From Antedon mediterranea (taxonomy: Eukaryota > Animalia > Echinodermata): a DNA stretch of 64,000 nucleotides. Within the stretch, counting starts at the first letter, position 1. Every line of letters begins with the position of its first letter. Where the stretch lies: the NCBI RefSeq assembly GCF_964355755.1, contig NC_092677.1, positions 12,856,101-12,920,100 of the forward strand, in the 5' to 3' direction. The notes beneath the pieces were generated by a model. That model was given only the letters and a program-made list of their open reading frames with translations. It was not told the origin of the DNA and searched no databases. The translations under genes were made by a program, and so were the position numbers. This document shows positions 25,701-37,900 of this stretch, piece by piece.

Positions 25701-27823
25701 TATGCTATATAAAAGTGTTTTTGTTCTGTTTAAAAATAATTAATACGCAGTGATTCGTGTATTTGTTTCACCTTCCTCCGTCACATTACTTAATAATTAA
25801 ATAATTCGAGCTTGCTTCTTAGTTTTATGTAAATTATCATGTAAAAGCATTGTTAATTAATACTGATACACAATAAATGAGGGCTTATTATTTTGTTGTG
25901 TTTGTGTATACAACCGTGTATCGATAGTTATAGTGCCGTTCCACCCAACTGTTTGCCTGCTGAACATGTCTTTGTCATGTCATGTCATTAATTATTATGG
26001 TAACTCACCAGCGCTTCCACCAATTAAGGTTTTAGTGTAAGAGTATATTCCGCCATACATAACACCTGTACTGAAACTCCTGAAATTCCTTCCTCCAAAC
26101 GAACCAAACCCCCCACCACCTGGATCGAGACGGGTGTTCCTTCTATAATGACCACCTGCTCCGGGACCACCAAATTTAGCTTTAATAAGAGACCAATAAA
26201 AGATTGATTTAAAATCAAGTAGATTTAGCTTGTATTTATCGGTGCTGTATCTCCACGTATGACAATGTTTGTCCAGTATCATAGGAACATTTCGTAATAC
26301 AGCAACTCATGTGAATCACATAAAGGTTTTGATCTATATGACATTAGCGATATTTGTGAAGAAACATATAGGCCTATATATAATATAATAACAATAAATA
26401 TATAATGCTATATCAGGATATTTTCCTATATTTTTGTGGAGGATTTGTTTTTTTAAAATATAATAAAAATAAATATAGATAATACTGACTCTTTTGTCGA
26501 TTAAGATTTTTTAAAGATAGCTTCTAAAATACCTCCATAACCGCCAGCATAGTTCTTGTCGTTTCTGCCGCCATTTTCTCCATTTATATTTATAGGAACA
26601 CTGATTGAAATGTTACCACTCACGTCAAACCTGAACGAGTTTTGTCCTATAACGTGTATTTCCAAATCTCCATATAATTTCACGGATACATTAAAGAAAA
26701 ACACAGCAACAGAGTTTTCCCATTCCCTATCATATTCATCGAGGAAAACTGTGTATTCGAAGGAACCATTGCATTTTGAGATCATCCGTCCATCTGATAT
26801 ATTTCCAATATATGTTTGGTTAAATGATGGTGAATATGTGGTGTTTTCAGTGACCATCTCAACGCATGAACATGGCAAACAGGTTGAGGCATTAATGTGG
26901 CTCGATGCGTTTGAGTTTTGCAAATACCAAATAGCAGGGTAATCTGTATCCACTATAAGAATACCACTCGCTGTCTCGTAAAAATCTGAAAAAGTACACG
27001 TGAAAGAATGTAATATAATAATAAAAACCCCAATTTAGAAGATACCATCGGGACCCAGCAAAGTGTTCCCTAATGGGCATGTCTCCTGAATAGAGTGTTT
27101 CAAAGGAAGTGGGTTGATAACCATAAGTAAATTAGAAACACGAAGCGAACTATGTACTTGAAACCCCCCCCCCCCCCAAAAAAAAACAAACAATGGAGGT
27201 GAAAGGAAACATCATCAGGAAATATGATTGTATAATAGAGAAATTACGCAATTCGGTTTCTTAAATGAGATTTGATGAAAAAGCAAAATGGGTTACTCAC
27301 CATCTGGTGGTTCATCAAAATAACTTTGAACGATTACAATCTAGAAATCGAAATAAAGTATAAAATTAGTTATTGGGACAAAATAAATTGGCGAAGTGAT
27401 GACAGAAACAAGATAAAAAGTGTTGAACAATTACCTGTTTTAGGCGAATTTGTTCGTGCGAAACGCAATCGTTGACTATTTACTATTTATATTTTCATCT
27501 ATTTTCGTGACGTAAACAAAATGCGCAACCAATCATAACTCAGGAATGTTCGATTCGCGCCAATATATTCGCTATAGCAAACAGGCGTTGTATTGCTTCG
27601 TAGAAATTGAATGTTGAAAATACATTAGTATGCTAATTAGCAAACAGGTGTAAGGATACGTAATCATGTAAATAATTAGTCGACTAATTTAAATTGCATT
27701 TTCACCTAATGATTTCCTGTTTTGTAACATTATGACTATAATATGACGAATGTGAAATAAACTTACGTTAGAAATCATACAAAGGCCTACTATTATAAGA
27801 TAAAATACGGTAATCTTCATCAT
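16392..27823 (-). CDS. Adhesion GPCR paralog B (signal peptide, Gly-rich ectodomain, GAIN/GPS, 7TM); 23 coding exons, about 906 aa
   Basis: Exons: 27823-27767 (MMKITVFYLIIVGLCMISN), 27340-27301, 26985-26533, 26179-26009, 24962-24873, 24403-24300, 23984-23762, 23479-23385, 23084-23037, 22695-22563, 22005-21901, 21046-20971, 20622-20508, 20312-20263, 20006-19877 (GPS, CHCYHL|TSF), 19189-19083, 18572-18470, 18343-18187, 17945-17812, 17610-17525, 17260-17134, 16631-16539, and a tentative last exon 16415-16392 (VVGEQVA*). Total 2721 nt, in frame. Intron positions and phases match copy A. Confidence 0.9.
16652..16707. repeat. (AT)n microsatellite
   Basis: Perfect AT run. Confidence 0.95.
19234..19731. 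mobile_element. MITE (Kolobok-like), present only in aGPCR B
   Basis: Perfect TIRs AAAGATGTATTGTCCCTTT / AAAGGGACAATACATCTTT with TTAA at the left end. Absent from the homologous intron of copy A. Confidence 0.75.
20704..20844. mobile_element. MITE, same family as 11683-11839
   Basis: AAGCCTGTTTTCCACT ... AGTGAAAAACAGGCTT termini. Confidence 0.7.
24980..25600. repeat. 21-bp minisatellite (CATGTGTACATCATGGCACAA) in an aGPCR B intron
   Basis: Degenerate 21-nt period. It explains the spurious CVHHGTT and VYIMAQH ORFs. Confidence 0.95.
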
Positions 27824-29940
27824 ATTAATGTCTGAAAGAAGAAGTACGTTCTATTGTTATTTCCGACAGTAATATTATTACTGTTATATTGACTGTTCAA
27901 TTTTTAAAACGACAATACAAAATCAATAGCGATGGGTACTAATAAAATGATTAGGATAATGATGATGAAAGCCTTCAAAGTAACGTCAGCATGCCAACAA
28001 AGTGCAGTGATAATGTCAGATGATTATTAATTAATAACGATAAATTGTTGGCGGTGGTAATAATACGAAAAGAGAAATTTTGTATCAAATGTTGTATAAG
28101 CCTAATTATTGATGGTAATTTTTAATAATGACAATTTCACTTAATTAATTAATGGATGGCGGTAAAATGAATAAGATGAAAATGAGGGTTGATGATAATG
28201 ATGTTGATAATTACGATGTCATGAGAAGGAAGGTTTTTTTGGTTATCGATTAATTAGTATTAATTTACGCCTCTAAAGCAAGACACATGGATTATCCAGG
28301 ATAACTAACCTCCGTAGGTAATATTTTTTTAACGGGGTCCAACAGATCTCTGAGGTCCCTTAAAAGTTAAGGAGAAAATAGAAAAAGTTAAGGATTTCAT
28401 TTAACCTTAAAACCTTTGTTAAAACCCTAAATATTTTCTTAGGATTTCAGGAAAATATCTCTAAAGTGAATACGCCCACTGGTAGACAAAGATTATCAAT
28501 GTTAAAACGATTTAGAGTACAGTTATAATAAATTAAACAAGAAATATTTCTTACAAAAAACGCTGCTCGCTTATTGAAAAATATTTTTTATTTCAAATAT
28601 TTTTGAATGTGTCATTTTATTGTCACATAATAGTTATTTTACCTGAAAAAATGTAATTTAAAGCAAGAAATACTTAAATTGTCTGTCAGACAATGGTTTT
28701 TGGGTTTCTTTTCTTTTTTTATATGTGAATAAATATTATGTTTTTGTTAAAGAAGTGAATACTCAATTTCTGTCAATTTAGTTAATTTTATTGCTAAGGT
28801 CAAGTCTGGGGGTCACTTCATCACCCTAGATATTTCAAGTGTGAAGTATCCTATTACAAACACAAACTTTAATGGACTGTTTCGATAATAATTCAATGAA
28901 TATCTGACAGTGAATATACCAGAAATGCTTTGGGATCTGTAATTTTAGCATGACATGTCCTAATAGACTCTTTTCCCAGACGTTTTTTGGGTCTACTGTT
29001 CCAGCTGGAATCAATAAATTATAGTGGAGTTTCTATTTTCGCAAAACTGTCGTCCTTAGAACTATAACTGCTGCTTGCTTTAGCTTCTGATTGAGTAGTC
29101 CTAATGGGACGTAGCGGGCTAGAGCAGCAGCGTGAAAAAATAACTATAAATATTATTATTATTTTAACTACATCTGTACATAATAATAATAATGGTGATA
29201 ATATGTGTTTAAACAAATTGGAATCTTGTGTGTACATGAAAATTTACAACAATTCTTGAAACACTGCGATAACAGCTCTGGGCGACTCAATTATCAACAA
29301 AAAAAGAAAATAAAGAATTAGTTACGATAATGTGGCGATGATGAAAACTATATAATATTTAAACTGGAATGTTGACTATTGAAAGTTATGGTAATAATAT
29401 TGATGACTTGACGATGAAAATGATGATGACAATGTTTTACAATGACAATGATTTATATATTTCTTTATCGACCCTTTTCAGGGTATGAAAGAACTTTCTG
29501 TCAACCTTATACAAAGAAATTACTAAAAATGTGATGTCATTGATAACTATGATAATAGCGTGTGTGATATTGATGATAATGACAATGATTTTGATGATAT
29601 AGATGATTATGTTACAACAAAATTAAAATAATTCAACTCTAATAATATACATATAAATAAGTCTTTACAATAAGTAATTAACCCTGAATAAAGGCGTCCC
29701 TTGGATATATAGGGACTGACCTTAGTGTTTATAACAATACATAGTTTGTATACAGACTATATCTTATTATTTATGGATCATACTCCACTTGTATTAAGGT
29801 GACTAAACTTAATAATTATGATACGATTTAAGAAAATTATAATATAGATATATAATACCATTATAATAATATAAAAAAAACATGGCAACTTAAGTATTCC
29901 AAAATATAAACAAATGGAACGAAATATAAAATAAACTTAC

Positions 29941-30200
29941 GGATACTTAATCTTCGTGCGTCTTACTTTATGCTGAACATTACAAGTAACATTATGCCTA
30001 ACGTTCTTGACTGCTTTTCGTCAGCAAAATTCCACTTTATGTAAAGAGAGGAGTTTCATCAATAACCGATTAGCTACCATTTCCTTTAGCCGGCCACTCA
30101 GAAAGGTCGGAATTGGGCGCGTGCGTACTTGAAATGAAAATACGCGCATGATATTAATTATACTTTCGATGTTGATCGATGACGTTACTGAAATGAAATC
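29941..30200 (-). promoter_or_regulatory. Putative non-coding first exon and promoter of aGPCR B
   Basis: Donor at 29940. GCGCGTGCGTACTT...ACGCGCATG at about 30117-30150, homologous in sequence and position to the copy A element. Confidence 0.5.
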
Positions 30201-31822
30201 TCCGATGCTATAGCAATTAAAATGTATTGTAGGCCTACCTATTCGCGTTTGCAATGTAACATTTACCACCGGTGAGCGGAAGCGGCTGCTGGGAGTGCCT
30301 GTAAATAAAATTAATTATTTACCTTCTTTTAGGCCTTGCCTTGGGCTTGGCCTAAGTCTAGTCTCTGTATTAGTCCTAGTATTCATTGGGCATTATCCTA
30401 AACAATCTAGTACTTAGTGGAATCATCGATCATCAAAGGCCATTTTGTTTAATCAGTGCTAAGCAATTTAGGTATAAAACCTATAGACCTAAGCCTAGGT
30501 AGGCCTACAACGTGACTTTCGGTCTCTCATCACTGGGTATAAGCCTGCCGTCGAGCGCGTACAGTCAGTGAGTGCCGTACTTAGTGGGCCTGGGATCATC
30601 AGGACACCGATACTGAATCCAATATCACTTCATTTGGAATCTACTAATGCCAAGTTAGCACTAGAATAAAATAACACCGTGTCCTGCTTGTCTCTACCTG
30701 CATGTTTTATTCAAAATCACATTTTTATCCTTCTTTCAAAAACGAATTTAAACCGACTTAAATGAAATTTTGAAAGTGTCGGTTAGAATTTAAACGGGCT
30801 TCTGATTGGTTAAAAGTGATCGTCTTACTTAAGCAGTACGCATGCGTAATGATAATTCAGTGTAGTCGTTAGAGGGGGCTAAACAGAAATCTAATAATGA
30901 TTAGATATTAAATGACTTGATTTTTTATCCATTCTTGTATTACAATTAAAATATTACATCGGTGACTGAATCGATGTAAATTGTCATGCAATCTGTAAAA
31001 CGTTATATTTAAAAAAAAAAAAAAATCCTTATTTGTGATATCTAAAAAACGACACACTAAATTGATTGCTTAATTTTTGTGCTGATTTTATTTAATACAT
31101 TTAAAAAAAACCGGTTTTAAACAAATGATTACATTTAATAAAATACAAAACTAAAACTACTTAATGCTGAACATATTTGCACCTATAAAAATATTTTCAA
31201 AGTAAAATAATTATTTCAATATTTGGTGTTAATAATGGGATACATATGCAATTTGAGTATACTTTAGTTTGTGGCTGTTGTGGCTGTTGATTGTTTGGTG
31301 TAAACTCCGAAGTTTTGCTAGCCAATGCAAAATGGGTACTATTGAGATAATGAGATTAGGCTATATACAGCATTAACAACAATGTTACAATATATATGTA
31401 CAATTTACAAGTACTGACTCCAGACATTTGATAATTATTGTACTGTGATTCTGTTTAAAAGAGAAACAAAAAATAAAGATTTAACAAGAAATTATTACAT
31501 GTGATAATGAACAAGATTATTAAATGATATTATTTGGGCATTACTTTGATTTTAAGAAAGGCCCATTTCAAACAGCATTTATCATTATACCATGATTATA
31601 CTCTTATACATTTTACGTAATATTTCTAAAACCAAATCAAGGTGTTTTTCTTTACATTATCAAACAAAACATTTACATTTTTTTAAAGCTTATATAACTA
31701 TGATACTACAGATGCCATCTGTATTCTTTTACCATACTGCCTCATGTATAGTCCCACCTCAAACTATACTACAATTACAAAATACCACACAGGCTCAGTT
31801 ACAACCTTACCCTAAAACTCAA

Positions 31823-32352
31823 TATGTGGGGTTATACCGGAGTTATGTGGAGTTATACCAGCGATGTGTGGGGTTATACCAGAGATGTGTGGAGTTACAC
31901 CAGAGATGTGTGGGGTTATACCAGAGATGTGTGGGGTTATACCAGAGATATGTGGAGTTATACCAGAGATAAGTGGAGTTATACCAGAGATGTGGGGTTA
32001 CACCAGAGATATGTGGGGTTATACCAGAGATGTGTGGGGTTATACCAGAGATGTGTGGAGTTACACCAGAGATGTGTGGGGTTATACCAGAGATGTGTGG
32101 GGTTACACCAGAGATGTGTGGGGTTATACCAGAGATGTGTGGAGTTACACCAGAGATGTGTGGGGTTATACCAGAGATGTGTGGGGTTACACCAGAGATG
32201 TCTGGGGTTATACCAGAGATGTGGGGTTACACCAGAGATGTGTGGGGTTATACCAGAGATGTGTGGGGTTACACCAGAGATGTGTGGGGTTATACCAGAG
32301 ATGTGGGGTTACACCAGAGATGTGTGGGGTTATACCAGAGATGTGTGGGGTA
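31823..32352. repeat. 21-bp minisatellite with 19-bp variants (GATGTGTGGGGTTATACCAGA)
   Basis: About 25 near-identical units. It explains the repetitive ORFs at 31592-32439. Confidence 0.95.
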
Positions 32353-34186
32353 ATATTAGAGCCAGTACAGTTTAATTATAATTTAACTCTTTGCTTAAAA
32401 ATTCATTCATTAACAATAATTATATTAAAAATAATATAATTATATTTATAATACAATATAATGAAAAATATATCATAATACCATTAATATAGTAATTCAT
32501 AGAATAAAAACAAATTATATATATTATTAAATTATGTAATATTCATATATATATATCTATATATTAAATTTGTAAAAACCATTTATAAAACACTTGGGTG
32601 ATAAAATTGAGTTTAAAATTGATTCTATGGTGATTGCACATACTCAGTTTTTCAATGTTATAATAAAAACAATTAATTTTAATATAAATTCATTATTTCA
32701 ACAAACAGGTAATTAATGATACATTTCCGACTCATTCAAGCATATCGATGAATGCATTTTTTTTAAGGTGATGGTGAGAGCTTGGGAATTAATACGATAT
32801 CGAGATAAGTTTTATCTTACCCATCATTAATCACCAAGCATTAAATAAAAAGTTTATCAAGATTTTTTAATATAAGTTCATTTAAATGTAAAAGGCCTAA
32901 CAAAATTTATTAGGCATTTTACATTTAAATGAATTTAATATAAATTTAATATTAATAAAATATCACAAACTAAGATGTAATTAGTATACCTGTTTGGATG
33001 AAAAAAGATTGAGATAGGTAGGCGATTGGGCTGGTTAATTATTGGTACTAGATCAAACAATTTAAAAAATGCTATACTTATATGAATTTTTGCCTAAATT
33101 TTGGTAGATAATTTTGTCACAAAACAATTGGAAAAAAAACCACAACATATACCTATTCTAATAATTGTGTTTTTAAAGTACAAAATGGGTCATTTTCACT
33201 TTTCACTTTGGTGGTGCCTACAAATGACCAACTTTTTTAAAGCACCAGGTATTCACAACTTTGAAACAGCTGTATTTAAACATTCATAATTCCATTTTTT
33301 TTTCACCCTTCACACCTGTGTTGAACTATCTTGTTTTTTCTTTACACTGAGGAATTACTTACAAATAATGTTCAAAGAGGATAATATTAATATATGTAAA
33401 AATGGAAAGAGAAAGTGTAGTTGAGATTAATTAGTATAATTAAGAATCAAAACACAGGATGCAATGCTACATCCCAGCTGATATCTAGCCAATATTTTCA
33501 CATACTTCTAAACCACATCCTCAAAATATATCTGCCAACTAAAAAGTTACATATGTAATGAATTTTTAATTGAAATATTAAATATTGTACTTTTGATTAT
33601 CATAATAATGAATCATTAAAAACTGAACATAAAAATGTATGTTTTACATGTCACATACTACAAAAAAGCTTATGGTGGGTAAATAACATGATATAAGCAA
33701 ATCTCTGTAATGTATCTCCACATATGTCAAGTATCGTATGCCCATTCTGTAATACAGTGTCACACATGGATCACATGTAGCAACTATATTACAGGTTAGC
33801 CTATGATACAGGTATCGAAGTCAGTGTACTGTCAGAAGAAATTGGTTGTTTTACGAGCAAGATGATATGCGACATCCTTTGAATGAAAATCTTTCATTTG
33901 AACTTCAATTGCACTTTCACATTACGAATACAACCTTTCTTAAATATACAACCTACAATCTGTCCACACTATACAATTACACCCACAACTTCACCGTACC
34001 CTTTATTGTGAACTTACCAATATGAATTTTACATTGAATTTTAAATTGAGATTGGAGGCTTATATGTCAACCAATAATTTCTGGTTCAAAAAATGATCTC
34101 TTTCAGTTGAAGCAAATCATTAATGTTCATGGTTAATTTCAAATCTAAAAACCTTCCTTTTTGTTGTTGTTTATTATTTGTGAATG

Positions 34187-34501
34187 ATACCCCTTTTACA
34201 CCAAAATTCCGGAGTAATCTCCAGAGACACCCCAGGGTTTACGACCATTCAAAATATCGAGAAACTCCGGAGATACCCCTTTTCCATTTCCTTATGCAGA
34301 ACATCATTTGAATAAGTCACACATCTACACATAACCAAACATCGTATACTCTATCTCTAACAATTTTTTTCAATCTTCTATCGACTAAAGCCGAAGTATA
34401 GTTGTTATCTCGGGACCGTTCTATGGCCACCACCAGGTAGGCTTACTTCATTAATCGGGAAATTACCTCACTGAGTTTTGCTTTTGGTGTGAAAGGGGTA
34501 T
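34187..34501. mobile_element. MITE-like element downstream of the SNX stop codon
   Basis: ATACCCCTTTTACACCAAAA ... TTTTGGTGTGAAAGGGGTAT inverted termini. Confidence 0.6.
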
Positions 34502-34974
34502 TAGGCAAGATGGGGTTTTAAATGCTGATAGCTAACAGCAGGTAATGGGACGGCTTTCATGTTACCAAGCACAGAACATTTTTATCAACAGTGGCATAGG
34601 TAAAAGGTTTGAAAGCTGCAAACTGCCATGCCAAATTTAGCCAACGATTATATATAAAAATACACTGTTTCTTAATATGAGATGTTGCATTCTGGGAGAT
34701 GATAACTCAGTCAAGAATGGGCGACATCATCAGCACCAAATTTCTAGTGGCCCTAATTAGAGGCTAAACCACCCTGTTTTCTGTAATGAACTACAGTGTA
34801 TAGTAAAATGGCCAAACCATCAGGTTTCATTTCGATATATAAAATTTGTGCTCCAATTATTTTGTTATTACTATTTATACACTATAGTATTCATTCTATA
34901 TGCTTAATACTACTACAAAACATGAGGAACATAAACACGGTATATGGTATAAAAATCTGTTGATATCTACAGCA

Positions 34975-37900
34975 CTAAATGTGGGATAAACTTTGTACAA
35001 CTAAGTCTTCAAGTGTGGGCATTTTTACAGGACCAATTTCATCATCTATATATTTTGATAACGTGTCTTCAAGATTGCGCTTTTCTGCACCTCTGCGCCA
35101 CCTCATACCAATAACAGTTTGTAGTAACGATATAAAAAATGGGTTTGATTCGTCTTCTCCTATACACTGGAGGGCACACTCGGCAAATGCGGAGGCATGC
35201 GAATCCCCGTCTTCTAAAGAGGAATACGCAACAACCAATGCACATAATGTTCTAATAGTGTCCTGATGCTTTTCTCCAAGCATTTTTTCTTGCAGATGTA
35301 AAGCGTTTTGTAAAAATGGTATTGCTTCTTGGAAGTCGTTCGCGCTTATGTACTTAAAAGCCGTTTTGAGGTCTTTGTTGTAGAAGAAATCTTGAAATTC
35401 TGGACAATTTCTAATCTCTTCGAAAGTGTAGATGTGGGTTAAGAACTGTTCGAACGCCCGACTTCGCTCTGCAATGAAGTGGTGACGGTAATTGCCAGTG
35501 ATGGCTTTCTTTGGGAAGGCAACATGTTCCATAATATGAGGGTACTTGCGTTTTAATACTTTATTAAGAAGGTAAAATTCAGTATATCTTCTGTCAATCA
35601 GCGCTTGAGATGTGTCCTTTCCAATTGAACGTTTAACAGCTATTGTATACAACTAAAAATAAAAATACATAAAATTAATTGAAAAAAACATGATTTTTTT
35701 TTTATAAACAGTGGTGTTCATAGTCTCTGACTGTAGCTTACCTAAATAAAGTAAACATTTTTAGCTTATTATCCATGTCTCAAAATAGCGTGGTATTTGA
35801 TGGCATGAATCATGGACTACACCATTTGGAGAAGTGTGAATTTTGTACTTTTAGAGTCCTCTTTAAGGAGAATAGGCATTATAGGTTTATCCAGCTAAGC
35901 TATGCAAGAAATATGCGTTTCAATTAATGTTTTAAACAAACACAATATAACACAGCTCCTGTACATTTAAAACTACCTTGTTCATTTTGCAAGCCTCATT
36001 TTAAATATTTAAAACCTAAAATGTCAAAAACTGCAGACTAATTAATCTAAACCACTCGATCTTGAGAAAATTAAAAAACGGAGAACTAATTGAAATGATT
36101 TTATAATCAAAAGGACATATAGTTTTTAAAAAGTTAAAAATAAAGCAATGTGATTTGCAAAATCTGTTTCCTCGTTGGAAATCTGTGAATTTGTTTCGGA
36201 AATCATGTAGCGAAGGTCCTTCTGATTAATTAATAGCTTTACAGATCTTTATACTTATATACATTTAATAACAAAATGGTTTATATTGGTCGGAATTAAT
36301 TGAACAGGAAAACCATCATGAAATAGACAATAAAACCAGCTGAGAATGAATTAATTTACAGATTTAGGGAAAAAAAAGTGATATTTTATATAAAAACAAT
36401 AGGTATAGAACAATTTTTAACATAACCCTTGTTTCATAGCACTCAACAAGATTCAGTTATCAACACATTTTCAATGTCATTTTTTTTAAAGTAGAAGATA
36501 ATGTCATTTGTATTAAACAGATTAAAAAATAGACATTGCCTATACCACTGTTTTGGAGGGGCATTTTTAGCTCAAGTTTTTAAAAAAATTGTGTTCTTAG
36601 TTTATCCAGGTAAACTAGGCATCTATCAATATTGTATCAATCACTGCTAGAATGTTAAGAATAAAAAGTAAAGATATATAAACTACACGATTTGTTCGTT
36701 TGATAGTTCATCGTGTCCATCATAAAGACTTCCTTCTAATTGATATTATCTAGACAGTAGGAAATGCAGACTTTGCCACTCAAGGCGCTTAGTTTATTGT
36801 CTTCCGTTGTTGAGATGGTTTTAGAACAGATAGTTTCTAATTTTGGTCGATATAAACAGTTGCATCCTCTTTAATTAAAACAAGGCTTCGATAAGCTTCA
36901 GTTAAATTCAGATTTATTATGCATACAGTACATGCATATATATTAGTATTAGAAATACAGCAGAACTAGCTGCCAGGTAGAACCCCTTTTAAGGGGCCAC
37001 CTTCACATAAACCCAACAGAGTGTCGCCTCAAGAGGGGTTACCCCTGAATAGGGTTGGCTGTATGTTTACTATTGATCCTCATTGGTTTCACAAAAGAGT
37101 CCTCTTAATTACACAAACCAAAAGTGGTGTTGTTGTCTATGAGTGCTAGCTTAACTGGATAAACCGACATTGGCCTATTTTCTCCCGAGAAGAGAGCTAC
37201 GGATTCTGATTAAGAGTGTCCCATAAGAGGGTTTTTTCCTCTGATTAAACTTAGAGTTTAGGAGATGGGCTTATCACACAATTGGTGGGCTTAAACCGAA
37301 GAACTAAAATACTGGGGTTTGACCTTTATATCCACACAAAGGAAACACATGAAAATCACTCGTACTAAAGTCACTATGGTAATAAAATGAATTTATCTGA
37401 TTTTTAATAGCCCTACAGTAATATATGCGACTTACATCACAAGTATACACTAATCCAAATTGCTTAGTTTACAATGTGCTTATCAGATGTAAATAAGATA
37501 ATGATTTTTTTTTTCAAGCTTTGATTGGCTTCTGACAATCGGTCATTTCAATTAACAAATAGGCCTTCAGATTATTGTGATTATCCCATATGGATTTGTT
37601 AATTAGTATGCGGAAAAGCTAATGTGAATGATTTGCAGAAATATCTGGTACGGTTGATATCTTATATCTATCTTATCTTTGATGTTAATATATTAAATCT
37701 AAGGGCCTGTTTCTGCTGCATAAAAATAACCGATTAAAAAACGGTGTGAATAAATTAACTCAATTTTCTTGGGAGCAAAAACAGGACAATTTTGTGGTAA
37801 CCGGTTCCAAGCAAAAATAACCGGTTAAAAACACCCATTCAATTCACCATTTAACCGGTTATCGCTGAGCCATTTTAGCCGCAACAAGATATAACGGTTA

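Noticed and set aside
16392-27823. aGPCR B (or A) as a pseudogene
   Set aside because: All traced exons keep frame and GT-AG sites with no premature stops.
28740-29135. Coding-like composition in the first intron of aGPCR B
   Set aside because: Multiple stops in the frames I checked and no recognisable protein motif.
31130-31810. Strong-looking minus-strand acceptor at 31451 and donor at 31810, a possible extra UTR or lncRNA exon
   Set aside because: No ORF or homology support, and such sites arise by chance in AT-rich DNA.
31592-32439. Repetitive ORFs (WGYTRDV / CGVIPEM)
   Set aside because: Artefacts of a stop-free 21-bp repeat in all three plus frames, with 19-bp units shifting the frame.
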